Made by a program: the position numbers and the translations under genes
The notes under the pieces: generated by a model
What the model saw: the letters and a program-made list of their open reading frames with translations, nothing else
What the model was told of the DNA's origin: nothing
Databases searched by the model: none
NCBI GenBank assembly: GCA_947629255.1
Contig: CANRDF010000004.1
Location: 1 to 63,302 of the forward strand
DNA from: an uncultured Bacilli bacterium
GTDB lineage: Bacteria; Bacillota_I; Bacilli_A; RF39; UBA660
DNA length: 63,302 nt
Direction: 5' to 3'
In this document: piece by piece, positions 8,512-18,833 of the stretch
Layout of the letters: every line of letters begins with the position of its first letter
Position numbering within the stretch: position 1 is the first letter of the stretch

Positions 8512-10257
8512 ATGAATTTAAAAGATTTATATATTCATTTTTTTGTGAGTAAAGGACATATACAGATTCCAAGCGCGCCTATCGTGCCTGAGAATGACCC
8601 CTCTGTGTTATTTAATACAGCAGGAATGCAACCTTTAATTCCTTATTTAATGGGAGCAGAGCACCCATATGGAAAAAGATTATGTGATTATCAAAAGTGT
8701 GTAAGACTCACAGACTTAGATAGTATAGGAGACACTACGCATCATACTTTTTTTGAAATGCTTGGAAATTGGAGTTTAGGAGATTACTTTAAAAAAGAGA
8801 GTATTGAATATAGTTTTGAATTTTTAACGAAAGTTTTAGAAATTCCAATCGAAAGACTTGCTATTACTGTTTACGAGGGGGATGAAAAGATTCCAAGAGA
8901 TGAGGTTTCAGCAAATACTTGGAAATCTTTAGGAATTCCAACATCTAGAATCGCCTATTTAGGAAGAGAACATAACTTTTGGATTCCTGGTTCTTCTGGA
9001 CCATGTGGGGGCGATACTGAGATTTTCTACTGGCGTAGTAAAGATGACATTCCTGAATATTTTGACCCAGAGGATGAACGTTGGGTAGAAATATGGAATA
9101 ATGTTTTTATGGAATATTATCAAACAGAAGATGGAATGGTTACGGAACTTGCTCAAAAAAATGTCGATACTGGAATGGGTTTAGAAAGAGTTGTTGCCGT
9201 ACTTGAAGGAGTCGATGATAACTACTTAACGAGTGTTTGGGAAAAACCAAGAAAATTATTAGAAGAATTATCACACTTGCCTTACGAAGGAAATGAAGAG
9301 TCGATGCGAATCATAATGGACCATATTCGTACCTCTGTTATGATTGCAGCAGATCCAGCTGGCATTAAGCCAAGTAATACAGATCAAGGTTATATTTTAA
9401 GAAGACTTATTCGAAGAGCGATTCGTCATGCAAGAAAACTAGGAATGGATGTGTTATCAGATTGGGATACGCAACTTGCAAATACATTCATAGACCTTTA
9501 TCAAGATTATTATGTGGAATTAAAACAGAATCGTGATGTTGTTTTAAATGTCTTGAAACAAGAAAAAGAAAAATTTAATCGCACTTTAGAAAAAGGATTA
9601 AAAGTTTTTGAAAAAGTTTCTACTAATACCGATTCTATTGATGGGGAAACTGCTTTCCATTTATATGATACATTTGGTTTTCCTATTGAGCTTACTAAAG
9701 AAGTCGCTGCCGAGAAAAACTTAAAAGTGGATGAGGAAGGATTTCATAAAATGTTTCAAGAACATCAAGAAAAATCAAGAACAGCAAGTGTTGGAAAATT
9801 TAAAGGTGGACTTTCTGGAAATACTGAGATTGAGACTCGTTATCACACTGCGACTCATTTATTAAATGCGGCTTTAAAAAAAGTGATTGGTCCATCTGTT
9901 CATCAAATGGGAAGTAATATTACCGAAGAACGTTTACGTTTTGATTTTCCATGTGACCATAAGTTAACCGAAGAAGAAAAAAGTGAAGTAGAAAACTTAG
10001 TGAATACTTGGATAGAAGAAGGTATTCCTGTGACTAAAGAAACGATGGAGAAAAATACAGCTATTCAAAGTGGAGCGGAATGTATGTTTATTGAAAAATA
10101 TCCAGATATGGTAACTGTTTATACGATCGGTGATGTATCGAAAGAATTATGTGGAGGGCCACATGTTCAAAATACAAGTGAGCTTGGGCATTTTAAAATT
10201 ACAAAAGAAGAAGCTTCTAGTGCAGGAGTAAGAAGAATTAAAGCCATCTTAGAATAG
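8512..10257 (+). CDS. alaS: Alanine--tRNA ligase, short form lacking the C-Ala domain
   Basis: LFNTAGMQP, HHTFFEMLGNWS, VDTGMGLER, GYILRRLIRRA; editing motifs HTATHLL and ELCGGPH; ends at GVRRIKA. Confidence 0.95.
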   Translation: MNLKDLYIHFFVSKGHIQIPSAPIVPENDPSVLFNTAGMQPLIPYLMGAEHPYGKRLCDYQKCVRLTDLDSIGDTTHHTFFEMLGNWSLGDYFKKESIEYSFEFLTKVLEIPIERLAITVYEGDEKIPRDEVSANTWKSLGIPTSRIAYLGREHNFWIPGSSGPCGGDTEIFYWRSKDDIPEYFDPEDERWVEIWNNVFMEYYQTEDGMVTELAQKNVDTGMGLERVVAVLEGVDDNYLTSVWEKPRKLLEELSHLPYEGNEESMRIIMDHIRTSVMIAADPAGIKPSNTDQGYILRRLIRRAIRHARKLGMDVLSDWDTQLANTFIDLYQDYYVELKQNRDVVLNVLKQEKEKFNRTLEKGLKVFEKVSTNTDSIDGETAFHLYDTFGFPIELTKEVAAEKNLKVDEEGFHKMFQEHQEKSRTASVGKFKGGLSGNTEIETRYHTATHLLNAALKKVIGPSVHQMGSNITEERLRFDFPCDHKLTEEEKSEVENLVNTWIEEGIPVTKETMEKNTAIQSGAECMFIEKYPDMVTVYTIGDVSKELCGGPHVQNTSELGHFKITKEEASSAGVRRIKAILE

Positions 10258-10288
10258 AAAAACTAAGATGCTTTTTTATGGAGGAATT

Positions 10289-10903
10289 ATGGAAATAGGA
10301 AAACCAAAAGTAAAAACATGTATAGAGAAAAATTGGGAAGATGAAGATTTTGAAAACTGTATTCTAAAAGAAAATCCAACAAGTCTCATCAAGATTCATG
10401 ATACTACATTTGATAGTTGTATCTTTAGTCATATTGATTTTACCAAAATAAATATAGAAAATGTTGATTTAATTGATGCCATATTTGAAGATTGTGATTT
10501 ATCAAATGTTCAATTTGATAAGAAGCTCATTTCTAGAGTTCTTTTTAAAAATTGTAAGATGGTTGGTACTTCTTTTATAGAAGCTTCTTTAAAAGATGTT
10601 CAATTTGAAGAGTGTAATACCAAATACTTAAATTTTGCTGAAGCAAGAATTCAAAAAATGAAAGTGATAGACTCTGATTTTTCAGAAAGTTCTTTTTTAG
10701 AAACAGAGATGAAAAATATTGAGTTTTTCAAAGTGAATTTTTATCGAACAGAATTTATTAAAACGAATTTAGATGGTGTTGATCTTTCTTCTTGTGAAAT
10801 TTCTGAAAGTTATTTTGATGATCAGTCTTTAAAAGGAATGATTGTCGATTCTTTTCAATGTGAAAGTTTAGTAGGAATGCTAGGAGTCAAAGTAAAAAAG
10901 TGA
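10289..10903 (+). CDS. Pentapeptide repeat protein
   Basis: Tandem A(D/N)(L/F)xx-like repeats (FEDCDLSNVQF, FEECNTKYLNF, TNLDGVDLSSC). Confidence 0.88.
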   Translation: MEIGKPKVKTCIEKNWEDEDFENCILKENPTSLIKIHDTTFDSCIFSHIDFTKINIENVDLIDAIFEDCDLSNVQFDKKLISRVLFKNCKMVGTSFIEASLKDVQFEECNTKYLNFAEARIQKMKVIDSDFSESSFLETEMKNIEFFKVNFYRTEFIKTNLDGVDLSSCEISESYFDDQSLKGMIVDSFQCESLVGMLGVKVKK

Positions 10904-10921
10904 AGTTTATAGTGGGAAATT

Positions 10922-11773
10922 TTAAGAATGATACAATCGATATAAATGAATAGATGGATAATTTAAGAAACGTGCTTGAATTTTTTGAGTTCCAAGTCCA
11001 CTTGAAACAATTAAAGTAGAATTTCCTTTTTGATAACTTCCTTTTTGATAATTTCCAACATTATCAAGTTCAATAAGCCCTCCAATTTTTGGAATTCGTA
11101 TTAAACCTCCTAAGGAGTGTCCAGCTAAAACAAGATTTGTTGTATTTGTGACCTCATCAAATAAAATGGGTTCATGCATAAGTAAGATCATAAAAGCATT
11201 TTCTTCTTTTGTTAAAGCATTTCCTAAATTTTGTTCTTGTCTAGAAATAGATGGAATGCCTGCTATATAAATAGGTGTGATTCCATTAAAATAAATGGGA
11301 ATATTTTGATTATTTAAAATTTGGAATCCAGAGTTTGTCATGATTTCTTCAAAACGATCATCAGAATAATCTTGGTCACCTTTAATCGCGAATTTACCTA
11401 ATTTGGAAGTTGTTTTTTTTAAGATATCTTCTATTTTATTTTTAGAATTTTCATTAATAGTTACAGAATTATCAAATAAATCGCCAGTAAAGACAAGAAT
11501 ATCAGGTTTTAGCATATTTATTTTATCAACAATATTTTCTAATTCTTTTTCATTAATAGTAGTCCCTAAATGAATATCAGAAAAGTGTACAATTTTAAAT
11601 CCATTAAAAGATTCAGGAATACTTTCATTAATAATGGGATATTCGATAATTTCTAATTGTTTTGGTTCCCAAAAAAACATATAAACAAAAAGAAGTATAA
11701 CGGCAATTAAAATGCCAATTCCAATTTTAGGAATTATTCCTAATTTTTTTTTGTGTTTCGTTTCTTCGATCAT
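10922..11773 (-). CDS. Membrane-anchored metallophosphoesterase
   Basis: HFSDIH, FTGDLFD, GDQD, MHEP, AGHSLGG. Confidence 0.9.
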   Translation of the reverse strand: MIEETKHKKKLGIIPKIGIGILIAVILLFVYMFFWEPKQLEIIEYPIINESIPESFNGFKIVHFSDIHLGTTINEKELENIVDKINMLKPDILVFTGDLFDNSVTINENSKNKIEDILKKTTSKLGKFAIKGDQDYSDDRFEEIMTNSGFQILNNQNIPIYFNGITPIYIAGIPSISRQEQNLGNALTKEENAFMILLMHEPILFDEVTNTTNLVLAGHSLGGLIRIPKIGGLIELDNVGNYQKGSYQKGNSTLIVSSGLGTQKIQARFLNYPSIHLYRLYHS

Positions 11774-12480
11774 ATGAATAACCCCATTAATAAAATTAAG
11801 ATGATTGATAAAGCATTATGAATGGTATGCATTGTAATACTTGTAAAAATGTTATCTGTTTCTACATAAGCTTTTGCCATAAAATAACCCATTCCACCAT
11901 AAGGAATAATATAAATCATTTGAGGAAGAGTACTTATAAAAGCTTCTATACTTGTAAAATTCATCGCGGCCAATAGATGTCCAAATCCAAAAAGAATACC
12001 AGATACGATCATGAACCATTTAGGATTTTGAAATGTTTTTTTAAAACCTTTTCTAAAAAGAAGTTCTTCAATAAAAGGACCAAAGACTACCATTAGAAAA
12101 ATGGATAAAATTGGATAAGTATCAATAATCGCTCTATTTTCTGCTTCATTTGCAGCAATGTCACCAACCAATTGGATGATTACCATATTACAAAGAATCA
12201 TGAAAATATATGCAAGAAGCCAATATTTAAAAGCAACTTTGATATTTTGTTTCCAATTTTTCTTGAAATCTTTTAAATCTGCCCATAAAGATGTTTTATA
12301 AATCGAAACTAAAATAAAAATAAGAAATAAATAATTAATGCCATTTGCAAGATATGGATAAATAGAATCCGAAACAGGAAAATAAATAAAAAGAATGCCT
12401 ATTATATTAGGAATAAAAAATAAGCAAATAAATAATAATAAAAATCCTTTTCCTAGTTCTTTCCAATTTATCTTTGTCAT
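11770..12480 (-). CDS. CPBP (CAAX/Abi) family intramembrane metalloprotease
   Basis: PFIEELLFR, FGFGH, MHTIHN motifs; polytopic. Confidence 0.9.
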   Translation of the reverse strand: MTKINWKELGKGFLLLFICLFFIPNIIGILFIYFPVSDSIYPYLANGINYLFLIFILVSIYKTSLWADLKDFKKNWKQNIKVAFKYWLLAYIFMILCNMVIIQLVGDIAANEAENRAIIDTYPILSIFLMVVFGPFIEELLFRKGFKKTFQNPKWFMIVSGILFGFGHLLAAMNFTSIEAFISTLPQMIYIIPYGGMGYFMAKAYVETDNIFTSITMHTIHNALSIILILLMGLFI

Positions 12481-12611
12481 GTATATCACCTACATTAAAT
12501 ATAGCATAGATTCAAAGGAAAAAATAGAATTTTTTTTATAAAATGTCAAATAGAATTGAAATTGTCGTAAAATCATTTTATAATTTATAAAAATAGATAG
12601 GAAAGGAAAAA

Positions 12612-12761
12612 ATGAAAAAGAGATTTGAAATATGTTTATTATCCATTTTGATTACATTTATATTTGTTTGGATTACTGTACCACATTTTTTTCCAAGGGA
12701 AAAACTGAATGATTTGTTAAATCGAATGAATGAATATCAAGAATATTATGAAAATGAATAA
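12612..12761 (+). CDS. Unannotated 49-aa single-TM protein
   Basis: MKKRFEICLLSILITFIFVWITVPHFFPREKLNDLLNRMNEYQEYYENE; GAAAGGA RBS; below the ORF-track cutoff. Confidence 0.55.
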   Translation: MKKRFEICLLSILITFIFVWITVPHFFPREKLNDLLNRMNEYQEYYENE

Positions 12762-12778
12762 TTTTTCTTTTCATTTAG

Positions 12779-12807
12779 TTGAAATCATAAAGAGAGTGTG
12801 ATACAAT
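12779..12807 (+). promoter_or_regulatory. sigmaA promoter of the Tad-like operon
   Basis: TTGAAA-N17-TACAAT with extended TG. Confidence 0.65.
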
Positions 12808-12837
12808 TTTATTGTAAACGGTGAGGTGGGAAAATAG

Positions 12838-13557
12838 ATGAAAAAAATAAAAAAGGGGATAACATTGGTAGTTCTATTTGTAATATGTTTCATTCCAACA
12901 ATGGCTTTTGCAGATTGTAGTGATGAAGAAGAGATACAATTAAATAGAGAATCATTTAATGTGAATGGCAGTTATTCTTTACAAGAAGTAGTTAAAGACT
13001 TTGATGGAGAAATTGTGGATATTGATTTAAATGATGTTCATCAAGATGATGATTATTATAGTGATACTTTATCATTTTTAGAGATTCGGAATATTACAGA
13101 GAATCTTTATATAACAATAGAAGAAAGCGGAACTATTGTTGATGAAGTATATTATTATGATACAGATGATGGTACTTATATTTTTCAAGTTCCTGATGTA
13201 GAAAAAATTAGAACCTATGATATAAAGATGTTTTCTAATTTAGATAGTTGTAAAGGGAAAGAAGTGAATAATATTAGTGTTAAAACACCAATGCGGAATC
13301 CTTTAGCTTCTTTGGCAGCATGTATGAATGTAGAAGAATCATATTGTGATGAATTTGTGACAACTAAGGTAAATATTACAGAGGATGAAATTATTAAAAG
13401 AAAAGAACCATATACTCAACCACAGGAAGAAGAAGAAATAAATCAAAATGATTTCTTTAAAAAATATGGAATATACATTTTAGTCGGAGTATTGGTAATA
13501 GGGGTTGTCTCTACTGTGATAGTTTTAGTAAAAAGAAGAAGGAGTAGAGGTTTATGA
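12838..13557 (+). CDS. Secreted protein with C-terminal membrane anchor
   Basis: Signal peptide (..AFA/DC), acidic body with Cys, C-terminal TM plus KRRRSR; overlaps the next gene. Confidence 0.75.
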   Translation: MKKIKKGITLVVLFVICFIPTMAFADCSDEEEIQLNRESFNVNGSYSLQEVVKDFDGEIVDIDLNDVHQDDDYYSDTLSFLEIRNITENLYITIEESGTIVDEVYYYDTDDGTYIFQVPDVEKIRTYDIKMFSNLDSCKGKEVNNISVKTPMRNPLASLAACMNVEESYCDEFVTTKVNITEDEIIKRKEPYTQPQEEEEINQNDFFKKYGIYILVGVLVIGVVSTVIVLVKRRRSRGL

Positions 13558-16500
13558 AAAAAAGAAAAATTGTTTTGATAGCTTTAATTATTCTTATGAT
13601 GCCATCTATGGTAAGAGCTGCAGTTTTAACTGCTAGTACTTGTAGTACAGATGCTTATCGTGTTCAAAGATTAAGAGAGGGAAATTCTTATTCATCTCAT
13701 GTGGTACCAATACCAACAAATTCAAATTATAGTGGCGGGTTTTATAATATGTATACATATGATACATACAATAGTAATGGTACTTTGGCGGGTCAGACAT
13801 ACTGTCTTTCACCTGGAAAACAAGGAACTGGTGGATTCGGAAGAACAGGTGGAGTAGCAACTTATTATTGCGAAACTAAAATTGATCCTTATAGTAATCG
13901 ACCTTATGATATAGCAATTACGAAAGCTTATCAATTATTTATAGATAAATATGGTGCTACGTCAGATATGAGTCGTGCAGTTGGTGAGATTGTTTTCCGT
14001 TATCTAGGATTTTATTATAATGCTGGAGATAGAGGAAATAACTCAGGAAATGAAGGAGCAGACCATTTAGCACATTTTACTTTAGAAAATGGTAATTTTT
14101 CTTCTCTTTGGAAAGATAGCGAATATATTAGCAGTGCTAAGGAAATTTTTAATGAAGCTGTTCGTGTTGGTAATATGGCAGCAAGTGGAGCTACTTTTGA
14201 ACAATTAGTCAATCAAGGGTATATTTGGTCACCTAAATGGGAGTATAGTATTTCTTCACGTACTCAAACAGGTAATCAGGTTATATTAACGATTTCATTA
14301 AGAAATACGGGTAATACTCCTCAAAAAATTCAATGGGATGCTTTTTCAGCAACATGTGAAAATGGATACCAATGTACTTATGAAATGACGGATGCTCCAT
14401 CTGGTCCTGGAAGTGTTGGCGGAAAACAAATGAGAATAACAATTGATACTTCTAGTGGAAAAGGTGATTATGGTTTAAAAATTCATACAGCTTATTACGA
14501 TCCTAGATCATCAAATGCTAATATGATGATTCTTGCATCTGCTAATGATATTGGAAAAGGAAAAAACTTTGGATCATATTATAATCAAAGATTTTTAGTT
14601 ATAGCTAATGATGTTGGAATTTATTCTAATAATGAGCCAACTTGGGATAGACAAGAAATTGTTATTAAAGATGATAGCTGTGATTGTCATTATGATGATC
14701 ATGGAGTTTGGGATGGATATGTTTTAACATATTATCAAAAATCCATCACATCTACTACAAGCTCATATACAGGGACAACTTCTGCATCTTCGTTATTAAG
14801 CAATCAAAAATTTGTTAAGAAAAACGATTTAAATGAAACAGACAGAAATAACTTTAAATGTACAACATGTCCTCCTTCAAGTCCTAATATTTGTAATAAG
14901 CAATTTACAGATAGAAATCAATGGGTTTGCGGTGACCATAATGGCGATGGAAATGGAGAATTGTGTAAAGATGTTTTAGAAAATGGAAATACGATTGAGC
15001 AACAATGGCAAAAAGATTGTGATGAACCACTAGAAGGTTATCAAACTTGTACTTGTAATGCAAATACCGGTTTCTATGAATTTAATAAATATGATGGAAA
15101 TGGTAATGTTACTTTACATCAAACATGGCAATATGGCAGTACTGCTCCAAGTGGAGTAGATACTACAAAATGTCCAAATACATGCGGAAGCCCAAAAGAG
15201 GTTTGTAAAAAACCTTCTGAAAGTTCTGATGGAAACTACCATTGCAAAAATGGAGAAGAATGTGATCCAGATGATTATTATCGAGATTGTGAATGTGGAG
15301 AGTTAGAGGATTATTGTACAGAACATCCTGATGATCCAATATGTGATGAATATTATGATAAATGTATTAATTGTAATCCTGTGGTAACAATTCCTTCTGA
15401 TTGTGCTGATTTACAAGAATATAATGTAAACATTTATGCTGGAAATTATGTTGGTGGAATTAGTGATATTTCTAAGAAAAATACAGAATGTAACAATAAT
15501 AAATCAAATATGGTAAAGAGTTGTGTTATAGGTAAAAATGATGCCAATAATCAATCTTTTGAAGATACTACAATTGATTCAACAAAGAATAATCCATATT
15601 GTAAAGTATGGTGCGAAGAGTCCTATGATTTTGGACTTCCAGTTGCAAAAAGAACTCAAAGTGGTAGCTACTTTACTTTAAGTACTAGTGTAAAAGGTAC
15701 TCGTACTTGTTATACAAGTGCTGCAGATGATTCAACAAAACCAATTGATGAAGAAAAGTTTAGAGCAGATTTAGAGGCAGCTAGAAAAGCAATAATAGAT
15801 GCATATAACGAATATTCAAAATGGGATGCAGCAGCAAAAACAGCAAAAGAAACAATAGATAGAGGGGAACACACACCAGCTCCTTCAGAATGCTGCAAAA
15901 ATATGGATACGAATGATGATGGTATTCCAGATACTTGTGATCCAACTACAGCTTGTACTGGAACAGACAGCACTACAGATTTAATTTATAATTATACATG
16001 GACATACCAATCATATGATTATAATGGAAAGGAATCTTCTCTTCCTGGAACAGCTTCAAGTGGAACAGAAGGAAAGTGTGATAGCTGTTGTGATGGAGGA
16101 ACTTGTATAGATGGAGTAAGAGGAACGCCACAGTATAATACTTTTAGAACAAATGCATCAAATGCATTAAATACATTAAATGATAAAATTGAAAACTTTG
16201 AAAACATCATAGCTCAATATAATTCTTGTTCTGGAAATATGGCTGGCAATAATAATGGTTGGGAAAATGACATGCAATTTGATCCAGAAATTACTTTCTC
16301 TTATAACGAAAATTATTTAAATAATAATGAAAATGCTGGTAAGTTTGTACAGACAGATATATCACAAGATAAAACTACATCGACATATTGTACTACTGAT
16401 ACGGGTCGTACTTATAATTGCTTAGATTCATCAAAAGAATACACAGTAAATGGAAATAATAATGTTCCTGCATCAGCACAAGTCACAGAAAAATATTTTG

Positions 16501-17570
16501 GATGTGATGCTAGTGGATGTAATGGTGAAAGAACATATACTATAAGTACTGCAAAATGGGTAAAGAAAGAAAAAGTCATAGAAGCAAATTATGAACCTAG
16601 AACAAATTTCTCTACTTATACTCAATATGGTACAATTCAAAAAGATGTAACAACTGGACAATATACTCTTTATACTCCATTACCTAATAATGTTTATCCT
16701 ATTTCATTAATGACCGAAACAGGAGTATTCCCATTTACTATTAAGTTTAATAATATTGGTCAATCTAATTCAAATTCTAGTAATCTTGGACGTCTCATTG
16801 GTGAAAATTATGGTGGTGATATTTTATCAGCATATAACAGTTTGAGATCTGAAGATAAATGTAATATAGCTGGGCAAAAAGATTCTTCTTATCAATCTGC
16901 AACAACTCAGTCTGGTTATGTATGTCATTATATAAATAACTGTGATAATTGTAGAATTGAATGTGAAGATGGCGAGTGTTCATTTGATGATAAATGTGAT
17001 GGAGAGTGTACTTATACATGTGAGAATTGTTTGTTTGATGGAAGTAGTACAAATTATACTTTTAAAATTATTTCTTTAAATAATTTATTCCCAAATGATC
17101 GTCCGATCGGGTATAACTGGGATAGCAACTTAAAGGCTACTACTACTACAAATGCAATTCAAGAAGATGGAGAAAGTATTTATCAAAAAGCTCAATACTC
17201 ATATACTTTGACTCCACAATCGATAGTAAAAATACGAGATTATAATAAAAAAGCTGGGTCATATACAAATACTTATGTTCCGTCAGAATATGAAACTATA
17301 TCTGTTGATTCCAATAATTCAAATGAAGCTGTTTATTGTGAAAGATATGAAGGTACCGGTGCGAATGGACAATTGTATAATGTAAAATGTCGAAGCAAGT
17401 TCTTAGATATTTTAGATGCGTTAGAAGGATCAGGACGAGCAATGGCAAGTGATATTACGCGTGTAACTAGAGATAGTGATGCTTGGGAATTCTTTAGCTG
17501 TCCTAATGGCTATGGTATTGGAGAATGTAAGAATATTGGTCCTTCTTGGAGAATAAGGAGTGTTGATTAA
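13554..17570 (+). CDS. Large Cys-rich secreted protein, candidate pilus-associated adhesin
   Basis: Signal peptide (..VRA/AV), many Cys, N/T/D/G-rich, Ca-binding-like DTNDDGIPD; lies within the Tad operon. Confidence 0.7.
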   Translation: MKKRKIVLIALIILMMPSMVRAAVLTASTCSTDAYRVQRLREGNSYSSHVVPIPTNSNYSGGFYNMYTYDTYNSNGTLAGQTYCLSPGKQGTGGFGRTGGVATYYCETKIDPYSNRPYDIAITKAYQLFIDKYGATSDMSRAVGEIVFRYLGFYYNAGDRGNNSGNEGADHLAHFTLENGNFSSLWKDSEYISSAKEIFNEAVRVGNMAASGATFEQLVNQGYIWSPKWEYSISSRTQTGNQVILTISLRNTGNTPQKIQWDAFSATCENGYQCTYEMTDAPSGPGSVGGKQMRITIDTSSGKGDYGLKIHTAYYDPRSSNANMMILASANDIGKGKNFGSYYNQRFLVIANDVGIYSNNEPTWDRQEIVIKDDSCDCHYDDHGVWDGYVLTYYQKSITSTTSSYTGTTSASSLLSNQKFVKKNDLNETDRNNFKCTTCPPSSPNICNKQFTDRNQWVCGDHNGDGNGELCKDVLENGNTIEQQWQKDCDEPLEGYQTCTCNANTGFYEFNKYDGNGNVTLHQTWQYGSTAPSGVDTTKCPNTCGSPKEVCKKPSESSDGNYHCKNGEECDPDDYYRDCECGELEDYCTEHPDDPICDEYYDKCINCNPVVTIPSDCADLQEYNVNIYAGNYVGGISDISKKNTECNNNKSNMVKSCVIGKNDANNQSFEDTTIDSTKNNPYCKVWCEESYDFGLPVAKRTQSGSYFTLSTSVKGTRTCYTSAADDSTKPIDEEKFRADLEAARKAIIDAYNEYSKWDAAAKTAKETIDRGEHTPAPSECCKNMDTNDDGIPDTCDPTTACTGTDSTTDLIYNYTWTYQSYDYNGKESSLPGTASSGTEGKCDSCCDGGTCIDGVRGTPQYNTFRTNASNALNTLNDKIENFENIIAQYNSCSGNMAGNNNGWENDMQFDPEITFSYNENYLNNNENAGKFVQTDISQDKTTSTYCTTDTGRTYNCLDSSKEYTVNGNNNVPASAQVTEKYFGCDASGCNGERTYTISTAKWVKKEKVIEANYEPRTNFSTYTQYGTIQKDVTTGQYTLYTPLPNNVYPISLMTETGVFPFTIKFNNIGQSNSNSSNLGRLIGENYGGDILSAYNSLRSEDKCNIAGQKDSSYQSATTQSGYVCHYINNCDNCRIECEDGECSFDDKCDGECTYTCENCLFDGSSTNYTFKIISLNNLFPNDRPIGYNWDSNLKATTTTNAIQEDGESIYQKAQYSYTLTPQSIVKIRDYNKKAGSYTNTYVPSEYETISVDSNNSNEAVYCERYEGTGANGQLYNVKCRSKFLDILDALEGSGRAMASDITRVTRDSDAWEFFSCPNGYGIGECKNIGPSWRIRSVD

Positions 17571-17989
17571 TGAAAGAATCTTTTTGGGGATATTGGATTA
17601 TTATTTTAGGTGTTTTCGTAGTTGTTATTATGATGTTAATTTCTAATGTTACAACTACGAACACTCAAAATTATTATTTGATAAAAGAAGTATCTGAGTC
17701 AGCAATGTTAGATGCAGTAGATTATGGGTACTTTCGTACAAGTGGAGAATTAAGAATTAATGCTGATAAATTTGTTGAAAGTTTTTTAAGAAGATTCTCT
17801 GAAAGTGTAGAATTAAATACTTATAAAATCGATTTTTATGGAGTGTATGAAGCACCTCCTAAAGCAAGTGTAAAAGTGACGAGCAAAAGTGGTACTTATA
17901 GTATTGGAACAAGTTCATCTTCTTTTGATATTGTAGATAGAGTAAATGCAATTTTGGAAGTTGATGGAACTGTAAGTGGAAAGAATTAG
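17570..17989 (+). CDS. TadE/TadG-like pseudopilin (DUF5411-like)
   Basis: Short N-terminus, hydrophobic helix, then amphipathic ..IKEVSESAMLDA.. helix; Tad context. Confidence 0.6.
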   Translation: MKESFWGYWIIILGVFVVVIMMLISNVTTTNTQNYYLIKEVSESAMLDAVDYGYFRTSGELRINADKFVESFLRRFSESVELNTYKIDFYGVYEAPPKASVKVTSKSGTYSIGTSSSSFDIVDRVNAILEVDGTVSGKN

Positions 17990-18031
17990 TTGATGAAACT
18001 AATGTGTCACAGATAGAAAGAAGGAATAAAA

Positions 18032-18829
18032 ATGGGAAAAATTTTAGCAAAGATAAAGCATTTTTTGAGTAATAAGAATACAGTGACAATTTTATGTGTG
18101 CTAGCAGGAATATTGGTTTTGTATATTGGATATAATTGGCGTGTAAATCAAGCGACAACTCCCGTTAGTATTCCTTATGCAAAAAATACGTTGTCTTCAG
18201 GACATTTGATTACTAATGATGATATCGGAACATTAGAAGTTTCTGGGACCGTACTTGAAAAAACAAAAGGTATTATTCGAAATCGAAGTCAGTTAGTTGG
18301 TAAAGAAGTTACTTATGGTAATACTATTCAAGCTAATAGTTTCTTTTATACAGATGATGTAAAAGATGCAGATGAAAATGATTACAGTGCTTTAGCTAAT
18401 ATTCAAGATGGATATGCTCCTATTAATTTAGATGTTGATTTGCATAGTACTTTTGGAAATGCAATTTATCCTGGAAACTATATTGATTTATGGTTTAGAG
18501 GTGTAGATGAAGATCGTAAGATGATTTATGAAAAATTTATTACAAGTATTCAGGTTTTAGATGTTACTGATAGTAATAGTAAATCTGTTTTTGAAACAGG
18601 TGCTGAAAGTAGAGAACCGGCTCATTTATTGTTTGCAGTAGAAGATGATTTAATGGAATTAATTTATGCTGCAGAAAGAGTGGGTGAGTTGGTTCCTGTT
18701 CCTCGTAATAAAAGTTATTCTCAGAATCCAGAGGAAATGAGAATTGCTAATGTGAATTTAGAGCTTTGGATAAGAGCTCAAGTTGCTGTTACAGATACAA
18801 CAGCAAATAATATTGTTACGGAGGAATGA
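18032..18829 (+). CDS. CpaB/RcpC-like SAF-domain pilus assembly protein, copy 1
   Basis: TM; PYAKNTLSSGHLITNDDI (SAF); IYPGNYIDL and IQVLDV RcpC-type motifs. Confidence 0.8.
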   Translation: MGKILAKIKHFLSNKNTVTILCVLAGILVLYIGYNWRVNQATTPVSIPYAKNTLSSGHLITNDDIGTLEVSGTVLEKTKGIIRNRSQLVGKEVTYGNTIQANSFFYTDDVKDADENDYSALANIQDGYAPINLDVDLHSTFGNAIYPGNYIDLWFRGVDEDRKMIYEKFITSIQVLDVTDSNSKSVFETGAESREPAHLLFAVEDDLMELIYAAERVGELVPVPRNKSYSQNPEEMRIANVNLELWIRAQVAVTDTTANNIVTEE

Positions 18830-18833
18830 TATA

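Noticed and set aside
8400-8512. T-box leader for alaS
   Set aside because: No intergenic space; alaS starts immediately after the kinase stop codon
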